Origin: Eledone cirrhosa
Taxonomy: Eukaryota
Length of the DNA stretch: 64,000 bases
Assembly (NCBI GenBank): GCA_964016885.1
Contig: OZ024743.1
Span: 353,648,001 to 353,712,000, forward strand
Direction: 5' to 3'
Shown here: positions 1-18,000 of the stretch, piece after piece
Layout of the letters: each line of letters begins with the position of its first letter
How positions within the stretch are numbered: position 1 is the stretch's first letter
The notes under the pieces: generated by a model
Seen by the model: the letters and a program-made list of their open reading frames with translations, nothing else
Told to the model about the DNA's origin: nothing
Database searches by the model: none
Translations under genes and position numbers: made by a program

Positions 1-3000
1 AACACTGCCAACAATAACACCACCACAAGAACCATTTCAATACAAACACTTCCATGATGTTGCCATACCAACAACACCATAACACTGCCGACAACAACAC
101 CACCACAAGAACCATTTCAATACAAACACTTCCATGACATTGCCCATATCAACACCACCATAACACTGTCAACAATAACACCACCACAAGAACCATTTCA
201 ATACAAACACTTCCATGATGCTGCCATACCAACACCACCATAACACTGTCAACAATAACACCACCACAAGAACAATTTCAATACAAACACTTCCATGATG
301 CTGCCATACCAACACCACCATAAAACTGCCAACAATAACACCACCACAAGAACCATTTCAATACAAACACTTCCATGATGCTGCCATACCAACAACACCA
401 TAACACTGCCAACAATAACACCACCACAAGAACTATTTCAATACAGACCCTTCCATGAAACTGCCCATACCAACACCACCATAACACTGCCAACAATAAC
501 GCCACTACAAGAACCATTTCAATACAAACACTTCCATGATGCTGCCATACCAACAACACCATAACACTGTCAACAATAACACCACCACAAGAACCATTTC
601 AATACAAACACTTCCATGATGCTGCCCATACCAACACCTCCATAACACTGTCAACAATAACACCACCACAAGAACCATTTCAATACAAACACTTCCATGA
701 AACTGCCCATACCAACACCACCATAACACTGCCAACAATAACGCCACCACAAGAACAATTTCAATACAAACACTTCCATGATGCTGCCATACCAACAACA
801 CCAAAACACTGCCAACAATAACACCACCACAAGAACTATTTCAATACAAACACTTCCATGATGCTGCCCATACCAACAAAACCATAACACTGCCAACAAT
901 AACACCACCACAAGAACCATTTCAATACAAACACTTCCATGATCCTGCCCATACCAACACCACCATAACACTGCCGACATAACACCACCACAAGAACCAC
1001 CATTTCAATACAAACACTTCCATGATGCTAGATACCAACAACACCATAACACTGCCGACATAACACCACCACAAGAACCATTTCAATACAGACACTTCCA
1101 TGATGCTGTCATACCAACACCACCATAACACTGCCAACAATAACACCACCACAAGAACCATTTCAATACAAACACTTCCATGATGCTAGATACCAACAAC
1201 ACCATAACACTGTCAACAATAACACCACCACAAGAACCATTTCAATACAAACACTTCCATGATGCCGCTATACCAACAACACCATAACACTGCCAACAAT
1301 AACACCACCACAAGAACCATTTCAATACAAACACTTACATGATGTTGCCATACCAACAACACCAGAACACTGCCGACAACAACACCACCACAAGAACCAT
1401 TTCAATACAAACACTTCCATGATGTTGCCATACCAACAACACCATAACACTGCCAACAATAACACCACCACAAGAACCATTTGAATACAAACACTTCCAT
1501 GATGCTGCCATACCAACAACACCATAACACCGTCAACAATAACACCACTACAAGAACCATTTCAATACAAACACTTCCATGATGCCGCTATACCAACAAC
1601 ACCATAACACTGCCAACAATAACACCACCACAAGAACCATTTCAATACAAACACTTCCATGATGCTGCCATACCAACAACACCATAACACTGTCAACAAT
1701 AACACCACCACAAGAACCATTTCAATACAAACACTTCCATGATGTTGCCATACCAACAACACCATAACACTGCCAACAATAACACCACCACAAGAACTAT
1801 TTCAATACAAACCCTTCCAAGAAACTGCCCATACCAACACCACAATAACACTGCCGACAATAACACCACCACAAGAACCATTTCAATACAAACACTTCCA
1901 TGATCCTGCCCATACCAACAACACCATAACACTGTCAACAATAACACCACCACAAGAACCATTTCAATACAAACACTTCCATGATGCTGCCATACAAACA
2001 ACACCATAACACTGCCAACAATAACACCACCACAAGAACCATTTCAATACAAACACTTCCATGATCCTGCCCATACCAACAACACCATAACACTGTCAAC
2101 AATAACACCACCACAAGAACCATTTCAATACAAACACTTCCATGATGCTGCCATACAAACACCACCATAACACTGCCAACAATAACACCACCACAAGAAC
2201 CATTTCAATACAAACACTTCCATGATCCTGCCCATACCAACAACACCATAACACTGTCAACAATAACACCACCACAAGAACCATTTCAATACAAACACTT
2301 CCATGATGCTGCCATACCAACACCACCATAACACTGCCAACAATAACACCACCACAAGAACGATTTCAATACAAACACTTCCATGATGCTGCCATACCAA
2401 CACCACCATAACACTGCCAACAATAACACCACCACAAGAACCATTTCAATACAAACACTTCCATGATCCCGCCCATACCAACCACACCATTACACTGCCA
2501 ACAATAACACCAGCACAAGAACCATTTCAATACAAACACTTCCATTATGCTGCCATACCAACAACATCATAACAATGCCAACAATAACACCACCACAAGA
2601 ACTATTTTAATACAAACACTTCCATGATGCTGTCATACCAACAACACCATAACACTGCCAACAATAACACCACCACAAGAACCATTTCAATACAAACATT
2701 TCCATGATGCTGTCATACTAACACCACCATTACACTGCCAACAATAACACCAGCACAAGAACCATTTCAATACAAACACTTCCATGATGCTGCCATACCA
2801 ACAACATCATAACAATGCCAACAATAACACCACCACAAGAACCATTTTAATACAAACACTTCCATGATGCTGTCATACCAACAACACCATAACACTGCCA
2901 ACAATAACGCCACCACAAGAACCATTTCAATACAAACACTTCCATGATGCTGCCCATACCAACAATACCAAAACACTGCCAACAATAACACCACCACAAG

Positions 3001-6000
3001 AACCATGTCAATACTAACACTTCCATGATGTTGCCATACCAACAACACCATAACACTGCCAACAATAACGCCACCACAAGAACCATTTCAATACAAACAC
3101 TTCCATGATCCTGCCCATACCAACACCACCATAACACTGTCAACAATAACGCCACCACAAGAACCATTTCAATACAAACACTTCCGTGATGCTGCCCATA
3201 CCAACAACACTATAACAGTGCCAACAATAACACCACCACAAGAACCATTTCAATACAAACACTTCCATGATGCTGCCCATACCAACACCACCATAACACT
3301 GTCAACAATAACGCCACCACAAGAACCATTTCAATACAAACACTTCCATGATGCTGTCATACCAACAACACTATAACACTGTCAACAATAACACCACCAC
3401 AAGAACCATTTCAATACAAACACATCCATGATGCTGTCATACCAACAACACTATAACACTGCCAACTATAACACCACCACAAGAACCATTTCAATACAAA
3501 CACTTCCATGATGCTGTCATACCGACACCACCATAACACTGCCGACAACAACACCACCACAAGAACTATTTCAATACAGACCCTTCCATGAAACTGCCCA
3601 TACCAACACCACCATAACACTGCCAACAATAACGCCACCACAAGAACCATTTCAATACAAACACTTCCATGATGCTGCCATACCAACAACACCATAACAC
3701 TGTCAACAATAACACCACCACAAGAACCATTTCAATACAAACACTTCCATGATGCTGCCCATACCAACACCCCCATAACACTGTCAACAATAACACCACC
3801 ACAAGAACCATTTCAATACAAACACTTCCATGAAACTGCCCATACCAACACCACCATAACACTGCCAACAATAACGCCACCACAAGAACAATTTCAATAC
3901 AAACACTTCCATGATGCTGCCATACCAACAACACCAAAACACTGCCAACAATAACACCACCACAAGAACTATTTCAATACAAACACTTCCATGATGCTGC
4001 CCATACCAACAAAACCATAACACTGCCAACAATAACACCACCACAAGAACCATTTCAATACAAACACTTCCATGATCCTGCCCATACCAACACCACCATA
4101 ACACTGTCAACAATAACACCACCACAAGAACCATTTCAATACAAACACTTCCATGATCCTGCCCATACCAACACCACCATAACACTGCCGACATAACACC
4201 ACCACAAGAACCATTTCAATACAAACACATCCATGATGCTAGATACGAACAACACCACAACACTGCCAACAATAACACCACCACAAGAACAATTTCAATA
4301 CAAACACTTCCATGATGCTGTCATACCAACACCATCATAACACTGCCAACAATAACACCACCACAAGAACCATTTCAATACAAACACTTCCATGATGCTG
4401 TCATACCAACACCACCATAACACTGCCAACAATAACACCAACACAAGAAACATTTCAATACAAACACTTCCATGATGCTGCCATACCAACACCACCATAA
4501 CACTGCCAACAATAACACCACCACAAGAACCATTTCAATACAAACACTTCCATGATGCTAGATACCAACAACACCATAACACTGCCAACAATAACACCAC
4601 CACAAGAACCATTTCAATACAAACACTTCCACGATGCTGCCATACTAACAACACCATAACACTGCCAACAATAACACCACCACAAGAACCATTTCAATAC
4701 AAACACATCCATGAAACTGCTATACCAACAACAACATAACACTGCCAACAATAACACCACCACAAGAACCATTTCAATACAAACACTTCCATGATCATGC
4801 CATACCAACAACATCATAACACTGCCAACAATAACACCACCACAAGAACCATTTCAATACAAACACTTCCATGATCATGCCATACCAACAACATCATAAC
4901 ACTGCCAACAATAACACCACCACAAGAACAATTTCAATACAAACACTTCCATGATGCTGCCATACCAACAACACTATAACACTGCCAACAATAACACCAC
5001 CACAAGAACCATTTCAATACAAACACTTCCATGATGTTGTCATACCAACAACATCATAACACTGCCAACAATAACACCACCACAAGAACAATTTCAATAC
5101 AAACACTTCCATGATGCTGCCATACCAACAACACCATAAAACTGCCAAAAATAACACCACCACAAGAACCATTTCAATACAAACACTTCCATGATGCTGC
5201 CATACCAACAACACCATAACACTGCCAACAATAACACCACCACAAGAACCATTTCAATACAAACACTTCCATGATGCTGCCCATACCAACAACACCATAA
5301 CACTGCCAACAATAACACCACCACAAGAACCATTTCAATACAAACACTTCCATGATGCTGCCATACCAACAACACCATAACACTGTCAACAATAACACCA
5401 CCACAAGAACCATTTCAATACAAACACTTCCATGATGTTGCCATACCAACAACACCATAACACTGCCAACAATAACACCACCACAAGAACTATTTCAATA
5501 CAAACCCTTCCAAGAAACTGCCCATACCAACACCACAATAACACTGCCGACAATAACACCACCACAAGAACCATTTCAATACAAACACTTCCATGATCCT
5601 GCCCATACCAACAACACCATAACACTGTCAACAATAACACCACCACAAGAACCATTTCAATACAAACACTTCCATGATGCTGCCATACAAACAACACCAT
5701 AACACTGCCAACAATAACACCACCACAAGAACCATTTCAATACAAACACTTCCATGATCCTGCCCATACCAACAACACCATAACACTGTCAACAATAACA
5801 CCACCACAAGAACCATTTCAATACAAACACTTCCATGATGCTGCCATACAAACACCACCATAACACTGCCAACAATAACACCACCACAAGAACCATTTCA
5901 ATACAAACACTTCCATGATCCTGCCCATACCAACAACACCATAACACTGTCAACAATAACACCACCACAAGAACCATTTCAATACAAACACTTCCATGAT

Positions 6001-9000
6001 GCTGCCATACCAACACCACCATAACACTGCCAACAATAACACCACCACAAGAACGATTTCAATACAAACACTTCCATGATGCTGCCATACCAACACCACC
6101 ATAACACTGCCAACAATAACACCACCACAAGAACCATTTCAATACAAACACTTCCATGATCCCGCCCATACCAACCACACCATAACACTGCCAACAATAA
6201 CACCACCACAAGAACCATTTCAATAAAAACACTTCCATGATGCTACCCATACCAACACCACCATAACACTGCCAACAATAACACCACCACAAGAACCATT
6301 TCAATACAAACACTTCCATGATGCTGTCATACCAACACCACCATTACACTGCCAACAATAACACCAGCACAAGAACCATTTCAATAAAAACACTTCCATT
6401 ATGCTGCCATACCAACAACATCATAACAATGCCAACAATAACACCACCACAAGAACTATTTTAATACAAACACTTCCATGATGCTGTCATACCAACAACA
6501 CCATAACACTGCCAACAATAACACCACCACAAGAACCATTTCAATACAAACATTTCCATGATGCTGTCATACTAACACCACCATTACACTGCCAACAATA
6601 ACACCAGCACAAGAACCATTTCAATACAAACACTTCCATGATGCTGCCATACCAACAACATCATAACAATGCCAACAATAACACCACCACAAGAACCATT
6701 TTAATACAAACACTTCCATGATGCTGTCATACCAACAACACCATAACACTGCCAACAATAACGCCACCACAAGAACCATTTCAATACAAACACTTCCATG
6801 ATGCTGCCCATACCAACAATACCAAAACACTGCCAACAATAACACCACCACAAGAACCATGTCAATAATAACACTTCCATGATGTTGCCATACCAACAAC
6901 ACCATAACACTGCCAACAATAACGCCACCACAAGAACCATTTCAATACAAACACTTCCATGATCCTGCCCATACCAACACCACCATAACACTGTCAACAA
7001 TAACACCACCACAAGAACCATTTCAATACAAACACTCCCATGATCCTGCCCATACCAACACCACCATAACACTGTCAACAATAATGCCACCACAAGAACC
7101 ATTTCAATACAAACACTTCCATGATGCTGCCCATACCAACAACACTATAACAGTGCCAACAATAACACCACCACAAGAACCATTTCAATACAAACACTTC
7201 CATGATGCTGCCCATACCAACACCACCATAACACTGTCAACAATAACGCCACCACAAGAACCATTTCAATACAAACACTTCCATGATGCTGTCATACCAA
7301 CAACACTATAACACTGTCAACAATAACACCACCACAAGAACCATTTCAATACAAACACATCCATGATGCTGTCATACCAACAACACTATAACACTGCCAA
7401 CTATAACACCACCACAAGAACCATTTCAATACAAACACTTCCATGATGCTGTCATACCGACACCACCATAACACTGCCGACAACAACACCACCACAAGAA
7501 CTATTTCAATACAGACCCTTCCATGAAACTGCCCATACCAACACCACCATAACACTGCCAACAATAACGCCACCACAAGAACCATTTCAATACAAACACT
7601 TCCATGATGCTGCCATACCAACAACACCATAACACTGTCAACAATAACACCACCACAAGAACCATTTCAATACAAACACTTCCATGATGCTGCCCATACC
7701 AACACCCCCATAACACTGTCAACAATAACACCACCACAAGAACCATTTCAATACAAACACTTCCATGAAACTGCCCATACCAACACCACCATAACACTGC
7801 CAACAATAACGCCACCACAAGAACAATTTCAATACAAACACTTCCATGATGCTGCCATACCAACAACACCAAAACACTGCCAACAATAACACCACCACAA
7901 GAACTATTTCAATACAAACACTTCCATGATGCTGCCCATACCAACAAAACCATAACACTGCCAACAATAACACCACCACAAGAACCATTTCAATACAAAC
8001 ACTTCCATGATCCTGCCCATACCAACACCACCATAACACTGTCAACAATAACACCACCACAAGAACCATTTCAATACAAACACTTCCATGATCCTGCCCA
8101 TACCAACACCACCATAACACTGCCGACATAACACCACCACAAGAACCATTTCAATACAAACACATCCATGATGCTAGATACGAACAACACCACAACACTG
8201 CCAACAATAACACCACCACAAGAACAATTTCAATACAAACACTTCCATGATGCTGTCATACCAACACCACCATAACACTGCCAACAATAACACCAACACA
8301 AGAAACATTTCAATACAAACACTTCCATGATGCTGCCATACCAACACCACCATAACACTGCCAACAATAACACCACCACAAGAACCATTTCAATACAAAC
8401 ACTTCCATGATGCTAGATACCAACAACACCATAACACTGCCAACAATAACACCACCACAAGAACCATTTCAATACAAACACTTCCACGATGCTGCCATAC
8501 TAACAACACCATAACACTGCCAACAATAACACCACCACAAGAACCATTTCAATACAAACACATCCATGATGCTGCTATACCAACAACAACATAACACTGC
8601 CAACAATAACACCACCACAAGAACCATTTCAATACAAACACTTCCATGATCATGCCATACCAACAACATCATAACACTGCCAACAATAACACCACCACAA
8701 GAACCATTTCAATACAAACACTTCCATGATCATGCCATACCAACAACATCATAACACTGCCAACAATAACACCACCACAAGAACAATTTCAATACAAACA
8801 CTTCCATGATGCTGCCATACCAACAACACTATAACACTGCCAACAATAACACCACCACAAGAACCATTTCAATACAAACACTTCCATGATGTTGTCATAC
8901 CAACAACATCATAACACTGCCAACAATAACACCACCACAAGAACAATTTCAATACAAACACTTCCATGATGCTGCCATACCAACAACACCATAACACTGC

Positions 9001-12000
9001 CAACAATAACACCACCACAAGAACCATTTCAATACAAACACTTCCATGATGCTGCCCATACCAACACCACCATAACACTGCCAACAATAACACCACCACA
9101 AGAACCATTTCAATACAAACACTTCCATGATGCTGCCATACCAACACCATCATAACACTGCCAACAATAACACTACCACAAGAACTATTTCAATACAAAC
9201 CCTTCCATGAAACTGCCCATACCAACACCACCATAACACTGCCAACAATAACACCACCACAAGAACTATTTCAATACAAACCCTTCCATGATCCTGCCCA
9301 TACCAACACCAGCATAACACTGCCAACAATAACGCCACCACAAGAACCATTTCAATACAAACACTTCCATGATGCTGCCATACTACCACCACCATAACAC
9401 TGCCAACAATAACACCACCACAAGAACCATTTCAATACAAACACTTCCATGATGCTGTCATACCAACAACACTATAACACTGCCAACTATAACACCACCA
9501 CAAGAACCATTTCAATACAAACACTTCCATGATGCTGTCATACCGACACCACCATAACACTGCCGACAACAACACCACCACAAGAACTATTTCAATACAG
9601 ACCCTTCCATGAAACTGCCCATACCAACACCACCATAACACTGCCAACAATAACGCCACCACAAGAACCATTTCAATACAAACATTTCCATGATGCTGCC
9701 ATACCAACAACACCATAACACTGTCAACAATAACACCACCACAAGAACCATTTCAATACAAACACTTCCATGATGCTGCCCATACCAACACCTCCATAAC
9801 ACTGTCAACAATAACACCACCACAAGAACCATTTCAATACAAACACTTCCATGAAACTGCCCATACCAACACCACCATAACACTGCCAACAATAACGCCA
9901 CCACAAGAACAATTTCAATACAAACACTTCCATGATGCTGCCATACCAACAACACCAAAACACTGCCAACAATAACACCACCACAAGAACTATTTCAATA
10001 CAAACACTTCCATGATGCTGCCCATACCAACAAAACCATAACACTGCCAACAATAACACCACCACAAGAACCATTTCAATACAAACACTTCCATGATCCT
10101 GCCCATACCAACACCACCATAACACTGTCAACAATAACACCACCACAAGAACCATTTCAATACAAACACTTCCATGATCCTGCCCATACCAACACCACCA
10201 TAACACTGCCGACATAACACCACCACAAGAACCATTTCAATACAAACACATCCATGATGCTAGATACGAACAACACCACAACACTGCCAACAATAACACC
10301 ACCACAAGAACAATTTCAATACAAACACTTCCATGATGCTGTCATACCAACACCATCATAACACTGCCAACAATAACACCACCACAAGAACCATTTCAAT
10401 ACAAACACTTCCATGATGCTGTCATACCAACACCACCATAAAACTGCCAACAATAACACCAACACAAGAAACATTTCAATACAAACACTTCCATGATGCT
10501 GCCATACCAACACCACCATAACACTGCCAACAATAACACCACCACAAGAACCATTTCAATACAAACACTTCCATGATGCTAGATACCAACAACACCATAA
10601 CACTGCCAACAATAACACCACCACAAGAACCATTTCAAAACAAACACTTCCACGATGCTGCCATACCAACAACACCATAACACTGCCAACAATAGCACCA
10701 CCACAAGAACCATTTCAATACAAACACATCCATGATGCTGCTATACCAACAACAACATAACACTGCCAACAATAACACCACCACAAGAACCATTTCAATA
10801 CAAACACTTCCATGATCATGCCATACCAACAACATCATAACACTGCCAACAATAACACCACCACAAGAACCATTTCAATACAAACACTTCCATGATCATG
10901 CCATACCAACAACATCATAACACTGCCAACAATAACACCACCACAAGAACAATTTCAATACAAACACTTCCATGATGCTGCCCATACCAACACCACCATA
11001 ACACTGCCAACAATAACACCACCACAAGAACCATTTCAATACAAACACTTCCATGATGCTGCCATACCAACACCATCATAACACTGCCAACAATAACACT
11101 ACCACAAGAACTATTTCAATACAAACCCTTCCATGAAACTGCCCATACCAACACCACCATAACACTGCCAACAATAACACCACCACAAGAACTATTTCAA
11201 TACAAACCCTTCCATGATCCTGCCCATACCAACACCAGCATAACACTGCCAACAATAACGCCACCACAAGAACCATTTCAATACAAACACTTCCATGATG
11301 CTGCCATACTAACACCACCATAACACTGCCAACAATAACACCACCACAAGAACCATTTCAATACAAACACTTCCATGATGCTGTCATACCAACAACACTA
11401 TAACACTGCCAACTATAACACCACCACAAGAACCATTTCAATACAAACACTTCCATGATGCTGTCATACCGACACCACCATAACACTGCCGACAACAACA
11501 CCACCACAAGAACTATTTCAATACAGACCCTTCCATGAAACTGCCCATACCAACACCACCATAACACTGCCAACAATAACGCCACCACAAGAACCATTTC
11601 AATACAAACATTTCCATGATGCTGCCATACCAACAACACCATAACACTGTCAACAATAACACCACCACAAGAACCATTTCAATACAAACACTTCCATGAT
11701 GCTGCCCATACCAACACCTCCATAACACTGTCAACAATAACACCACCACAAGAACCATTTCAATACAAACACTTCCATGAAACTGCCCATACCAACACCA
11801 CCATAACACTGCCAACAATAACGCCACCACAAGAACAATTTCAATACAAACACTTCCATGATGCTGCCATACCAACAACACCAAAACACTGCCAACAATA
11901 ACACCACCACAAGAACTATTTCAATACAAACACTTCCATGATGCTGCCCATACCAACAAAACCATAACACTGCCAACAATAACACCACCACAAGAACCAT

Positions 12001-15000
12001 TTCAATACAAACACTTCCATGATCCTGCCCATACCAACACCACCATAACACTGTCAACAATAACACCACCACAAGAACCATTTCAATACAAACACTTCCA
12101 TGATCCTGCCCATACCAACACCACCATAACACTGCCGACATAACACCACCACAAGAACCATTTCAATACAAACACATCCATGATGCTAGATACGAACAAC
12201 ACCACAACACTGCCAACAATAACACCACCACAAGAACAATTTCAATACAAACACTTCCATGATGCTGTCATACCAACACCATCATAACACTGCCAACAAT
12301 AACACCACCACAAGAACCATTTCAATACAAACACTTCCATGATGCTGTCATACCAACACCACCATAAAACTGCCAACAATAACACCAACACAAGAAACAT
12401 TTCAATACAAACACTTCCATGATGCTGCCATACCAACACCACCATAACACTGCCAACAATAACACCACCACAAGAACCATTTCAATACAAACACTTCCAT
12501 GATGCTAGATACCAACAACACCATAACACTGCCAACAATAACACCACCACAAGAACCATTTCAATACAAACACTTCCACGATGCTGCCATACCAACAACA
12601 CCATAACACTGCCAACAATAACACCACCACAAGAACCATTTCAATACAAACACATCCATGATGCTGCTATACCAACAACAACATAACACTGCCAACAATA
12701 ACACCACCACAAGAACCATTTCAATACAAACACTTCCATGATCATGCCATACCAACAACATCATAACACTGCCAACAATAACACCACCACAAGAACAATT
12801 TCAATACAAACACTTCCATGATGCCGCCATACCAACAACACTATAACACTGCCAACAATAACACCACCACAAGAACCATTTCAATACAAACACTTCCATG
12901 ATGCTGCCATACCAACAACACCATAACACTGCCAACAATAACACCACCACAAGAACCATTTCAATACAAACAATTCCATGATGCTGCCATACCAACAACA
13001 CCATAACACTGCCAACAATAACACCACCACAAGAACCATTTCAATACAAACACTTCCATGATGCTGCCCATACCAACACCACCATAACACTGCCAACAAT
13101 AACACCACCACAAGAACCATTTCAATACAAACACTTCCATGATGCTGCCATACCAACACCATCATAACACTGCCAACAATAACACTACCACAAGAACTAT
13201 TTCAATACAAACCCTTCCATGAAACTGCCCATACCAACACCACCATAACACTGCCAACAATAACACCACCACAAGAACTATTTCAATACAAACCCTTCCA
13301 TGATCCTGCCCATACCAACACCAGCATAACACTGCCAACAATAACGCCACCACAAGAACCATTTCAATACAAACACTTCCATGATGCTGCCATACTAACA
13401 CCACCATAACACTGCCAACAATAACACCACCACAAGAACCATTTCAATACAAACACTTCCATGATGCTGTCATACCAACAACACTATAACACTGCCAACA
13501 ATAACACCACCACAAGAACCATTTCAATACAAACACTTCCATGATGCTGCCATACCAACACCACCATAACACTGCCAACAATAACACCACCACAAGAACC
13601 ATTTCAATACAAACACTTCCATGATGCTGTCATACCAACAACACTATAACACTGCCAACAATAACACCACCACAAGAACCATTTCAATACAAACACTTCC
13701 ATGATGCTGCCATACCAACACCACCATAACACTGCCAACAATAACACCACCACAAGAACCATTTCAATACAAACACTTCCATGATGCTGCCATACCAACA
13801 ACACCATAACACTGCCAACAATAACACCACCACAAGAACTATTTCAATACAGACCCTTCCATGAAACTGCCCATACCAACACCACCATAACACTGCCAAC
13901 AATAACGCCACTACAAGAACCATTTCAATACAAACACTTCCATGATGCTGCCATACCAACAACACCATAACACTGTCAACAATAACACCACCACAAGAAC
14001 CATTTCAATACAAACACTTCCATGATGCTGCCCATACCAACACCTCCATAACACTGTCAACAATAACACCACCACAAGAACCATTTCAATACAAACACTT
14101 CCATGAACTGCCCATACCAACACCACCATAACACTGCCAACAATAACGCCACCACAAGAACAAATTCAATACAAACACTTCCATTATGCTGCCATACCAA
14201 CAACACCAAAACACTGCCAACAATAACACCACCACAAGAACTATTTCAATACAAACACTTCCATGATGCTGCCCATACCAACAAAACCATAACACTGCCA
14301 ACAATAACACCACCACAAGAACCATTTCAATACAAACACTTCCATGATCCTGCCCATATTAACACCACCATAACACTGCCGACATAACACCACCACAAGA
14401 ACCATTTCAATACAAACACTTCCATGATGCTAGATACCAACAACACCATAACACTGCCGACATAACACCACCACAAGAACCATTTCAATACAGACACTTC
14501 CATGATGCTGTCATACCAACACCACCATAACACTGCCAACAATAACACCACCACAAGAACCATTTCAATACAAACACTTCCATGATGCTAGATACCAACA
14601 ACACCATAACACTGTCAACAATAACACCACCACAAGAACCATTTCAATACAAACACTTCCATGATGCCGCTATACCAACAACACCATAACACTGCCAACA
14701 ATAACACCACCACAAGAACAATTTCAATACAAACACTTCCATGATGTTGCCATACCAACCAACACCAGAACACTGCCGACAACAACACCACCACAAGAAC
14801 CATTTCAATACAAACACTTCCATGATGTTGCCATACCAACAACACCATAACACTGCCAACAATAACACCACCACAAGAACCATTTCAATACAAACACTTC
14901 CATGATGCTGCCATACCAAGAACACCATAACACCGTCAACAATAACACCACTAGAAGAACCATTTCAATACAAACACTTCCATGATGCCGCTATACCAAC

Positions 15001-18000
15001 AACACCATAACACTGCCAACAATAACACCACCACAAGAACCATTTCAATACAAACACTTCCATGATGCTGCCATACCAACAACACCATAACACTGTCAAC
15101 AATAACAGCACCACAAGAACCATTTCAATACAAACACTTCCATGATGTTGCCATACCAACAACACCATAAGACTGCCAACAATAACACCACCACAAGAAC
15201 AATTTCAATACAAACACTTCCATGATGCTGCCATACCAACAACACCATAACACTGCCAACAATAACACCACCACAAGAACCATTTCAATACAAACACTTC
15301 CATGATGCTGCCCATACCAACACCACCATAACACTGCCAACAATAACACCACCACAAGAACCATTTCAATACAAACACTTCCATGATGCTGCCATACCAA
15401 CACCATCATAACACTGCCAACAATAACACTACCACAAGAACTATTTCAATACAAACCCTTCCATGAAACTGCCCATACCAACACCACCATAACACTGCCA
15501 ACAATAACACCACCACAAGAACTATTTCAATACAAACCCTTCCATGATCCTGCCCATACCAACACCAGCATAACACTGCCAACAATAACGCCACCACAAG
15601 AACCATTTCAATACAAACACTTCCATGATGCTGCCATACTAACACCACCATAACACTGCCAACAATAACACCACCACAAGAACCATTTCAATACAAACAC
15701 TTCCATGATGCTGTCATACCAACAACACTATAACACTGCCAACAATAACACCACCACAAGAACCATTTCAATACAAACACTTCCATGATGCTGCCATACC
15801 AACACCACCATAACACTGCCAACAATAACACCACCACAAGAACCATTTCAATACAAACACTTCCATGATGCTGTCATACCAACAACGCTATAACACTGCC
15901 AACAATAACACCACCACAAGAACCATTTCAATACAAACACTTCCATGATGCTGCCATACCAACACCACCATAACACTGCCAACAATAACACCACCACAAG
16001 AACCATTTCAATACAAACACTTCCATGATGCTGCCATACCAACAACACCATAACACTGCCAACAATAACACCACCACAAGAACTATTTCAATACAGACCC
16101 TTCCATGAAACTGCCCATACCAACACCACCATAAGACTGCCAACAATAACGCCACTACAAGAACCATTTCAATACAAACACTTCCATGATGCTGCCATAC
16201 CAACAACACCATAACACTGTCAACAATAACACCACCACAAGAACCATTTCAATACAAACACTTCCATGATGCTGCCCATACCAACACCTCCATAACACTG
16301 TCAACAATAACACCACCACAAGAACCATTTCAATACAAACACTTCCATGAACTGCCCATACCAACACCACCATAACACTGCCAACAATAACGCCACCACA
16401 AGAACAATTTCAATACAAACACTTCCATGATGCTGCCATACCAACAACACCAAAACACTGCCAACAATAACACCACCACAAGAACTATTTCAATACAAAC
16501 ACTTCCATGATGCTGCCCATACCAACAAAACCATAACACTGCCAACAATAACACCACCACAAGAACCATTTCAATACAAACACTTCCATGATCCTGCCCA
16601 TATTAACACCACCATAACACTGCCGACATAACACCACCACAAGAACCATTTCAATACAAACACTTCCATGATGCTAGATACCAACAACACCATAACACTG
16701 CCGACATAACACCACCACAAGAACCATTTCAATACAGACACTTCCATGATGCTGTCATACCAACACCACCATAACACTGCCAACAATAACACCACCACAA
16801 GAACCATTTCAATACAAACACTTCCATGATGCTAGATACCAACAACACCATAACACTGTCAACAATAACACCACCACAAGAACCATTTCAATACAAACAC
16901 TTCCATGATGCCGCTATACCAACAACACCATAACACTGCCAACAATAACACCACCACAAGAACAATTTCAATACAAACACTTCCATGATGTTGCCATACC
17001 AACCAACACCAGAACACTGCCGACAACAACACCACCACAAGAACCATTTCAATACAAACACTTCCATGATGTTGCCATACCAACAACACCATAACACTGC
17101 CAACAATAACACCACCACAAGAACCATTTCAATACAAACACTTCCATGATGCTGCCATACCAACAACACCATAACACCGTCAACAATAACACCACTACAA
17201 GAACCATTTCAATACAAACACTTCCATGATGCCGCTATACCAACAACACCATAACACTGCCAACAATAACACCACCACAAGAACCATTTCAATACAAACA
17301 CTTCCATGATGCTGCCATACCAACAACACCATAACACTGTCAACAATAACAGCACCACAAGAACCATTTCAATACAAACACTTCCATGATGTTGCCATAC
17401 CAACAACACCATAACACTGCCAACAATAACACCACCACAAGAACTATTTCAATACAAACCCTTCCAAGAAACTGCCCATACCAACACCACAATAACACTG
17501 CCGACAATAACACCACCACAAGAACCATTTCAATACAAACACTTCCATGATCCTGCCCATACCAACAACACCATAACACTGTCAACAATAACACCACCAC
17601 AAGAACCATTTCAATACAAACACTTCCATGATGCTGCCATACAAACAACACCATAACACTGCCAACAATAACACCACCACAAGAACCATTTCAATAAAAA
17701 CACTTCCATGATCCTGCCCATACCAACAACACCATAACACTGTCAACAATAACACCACCACAAGAACCATTTCAATACAAACACTTCCATGATGCTGCCA
17801 TACAAACACCACCATAACACTGCCAACAATAACACCACCACAAGAACCATTTCAATACAAACACTTCCATGATCCTGCCCATACCAACAACACCATAACA
17901 TTGTCAACAATAACACCACCACAAGAACCATTTCAATACAAACACTTCCATGATGCTGCCATACCAACACCACCATAACACTGCCAACAATAACACCACC

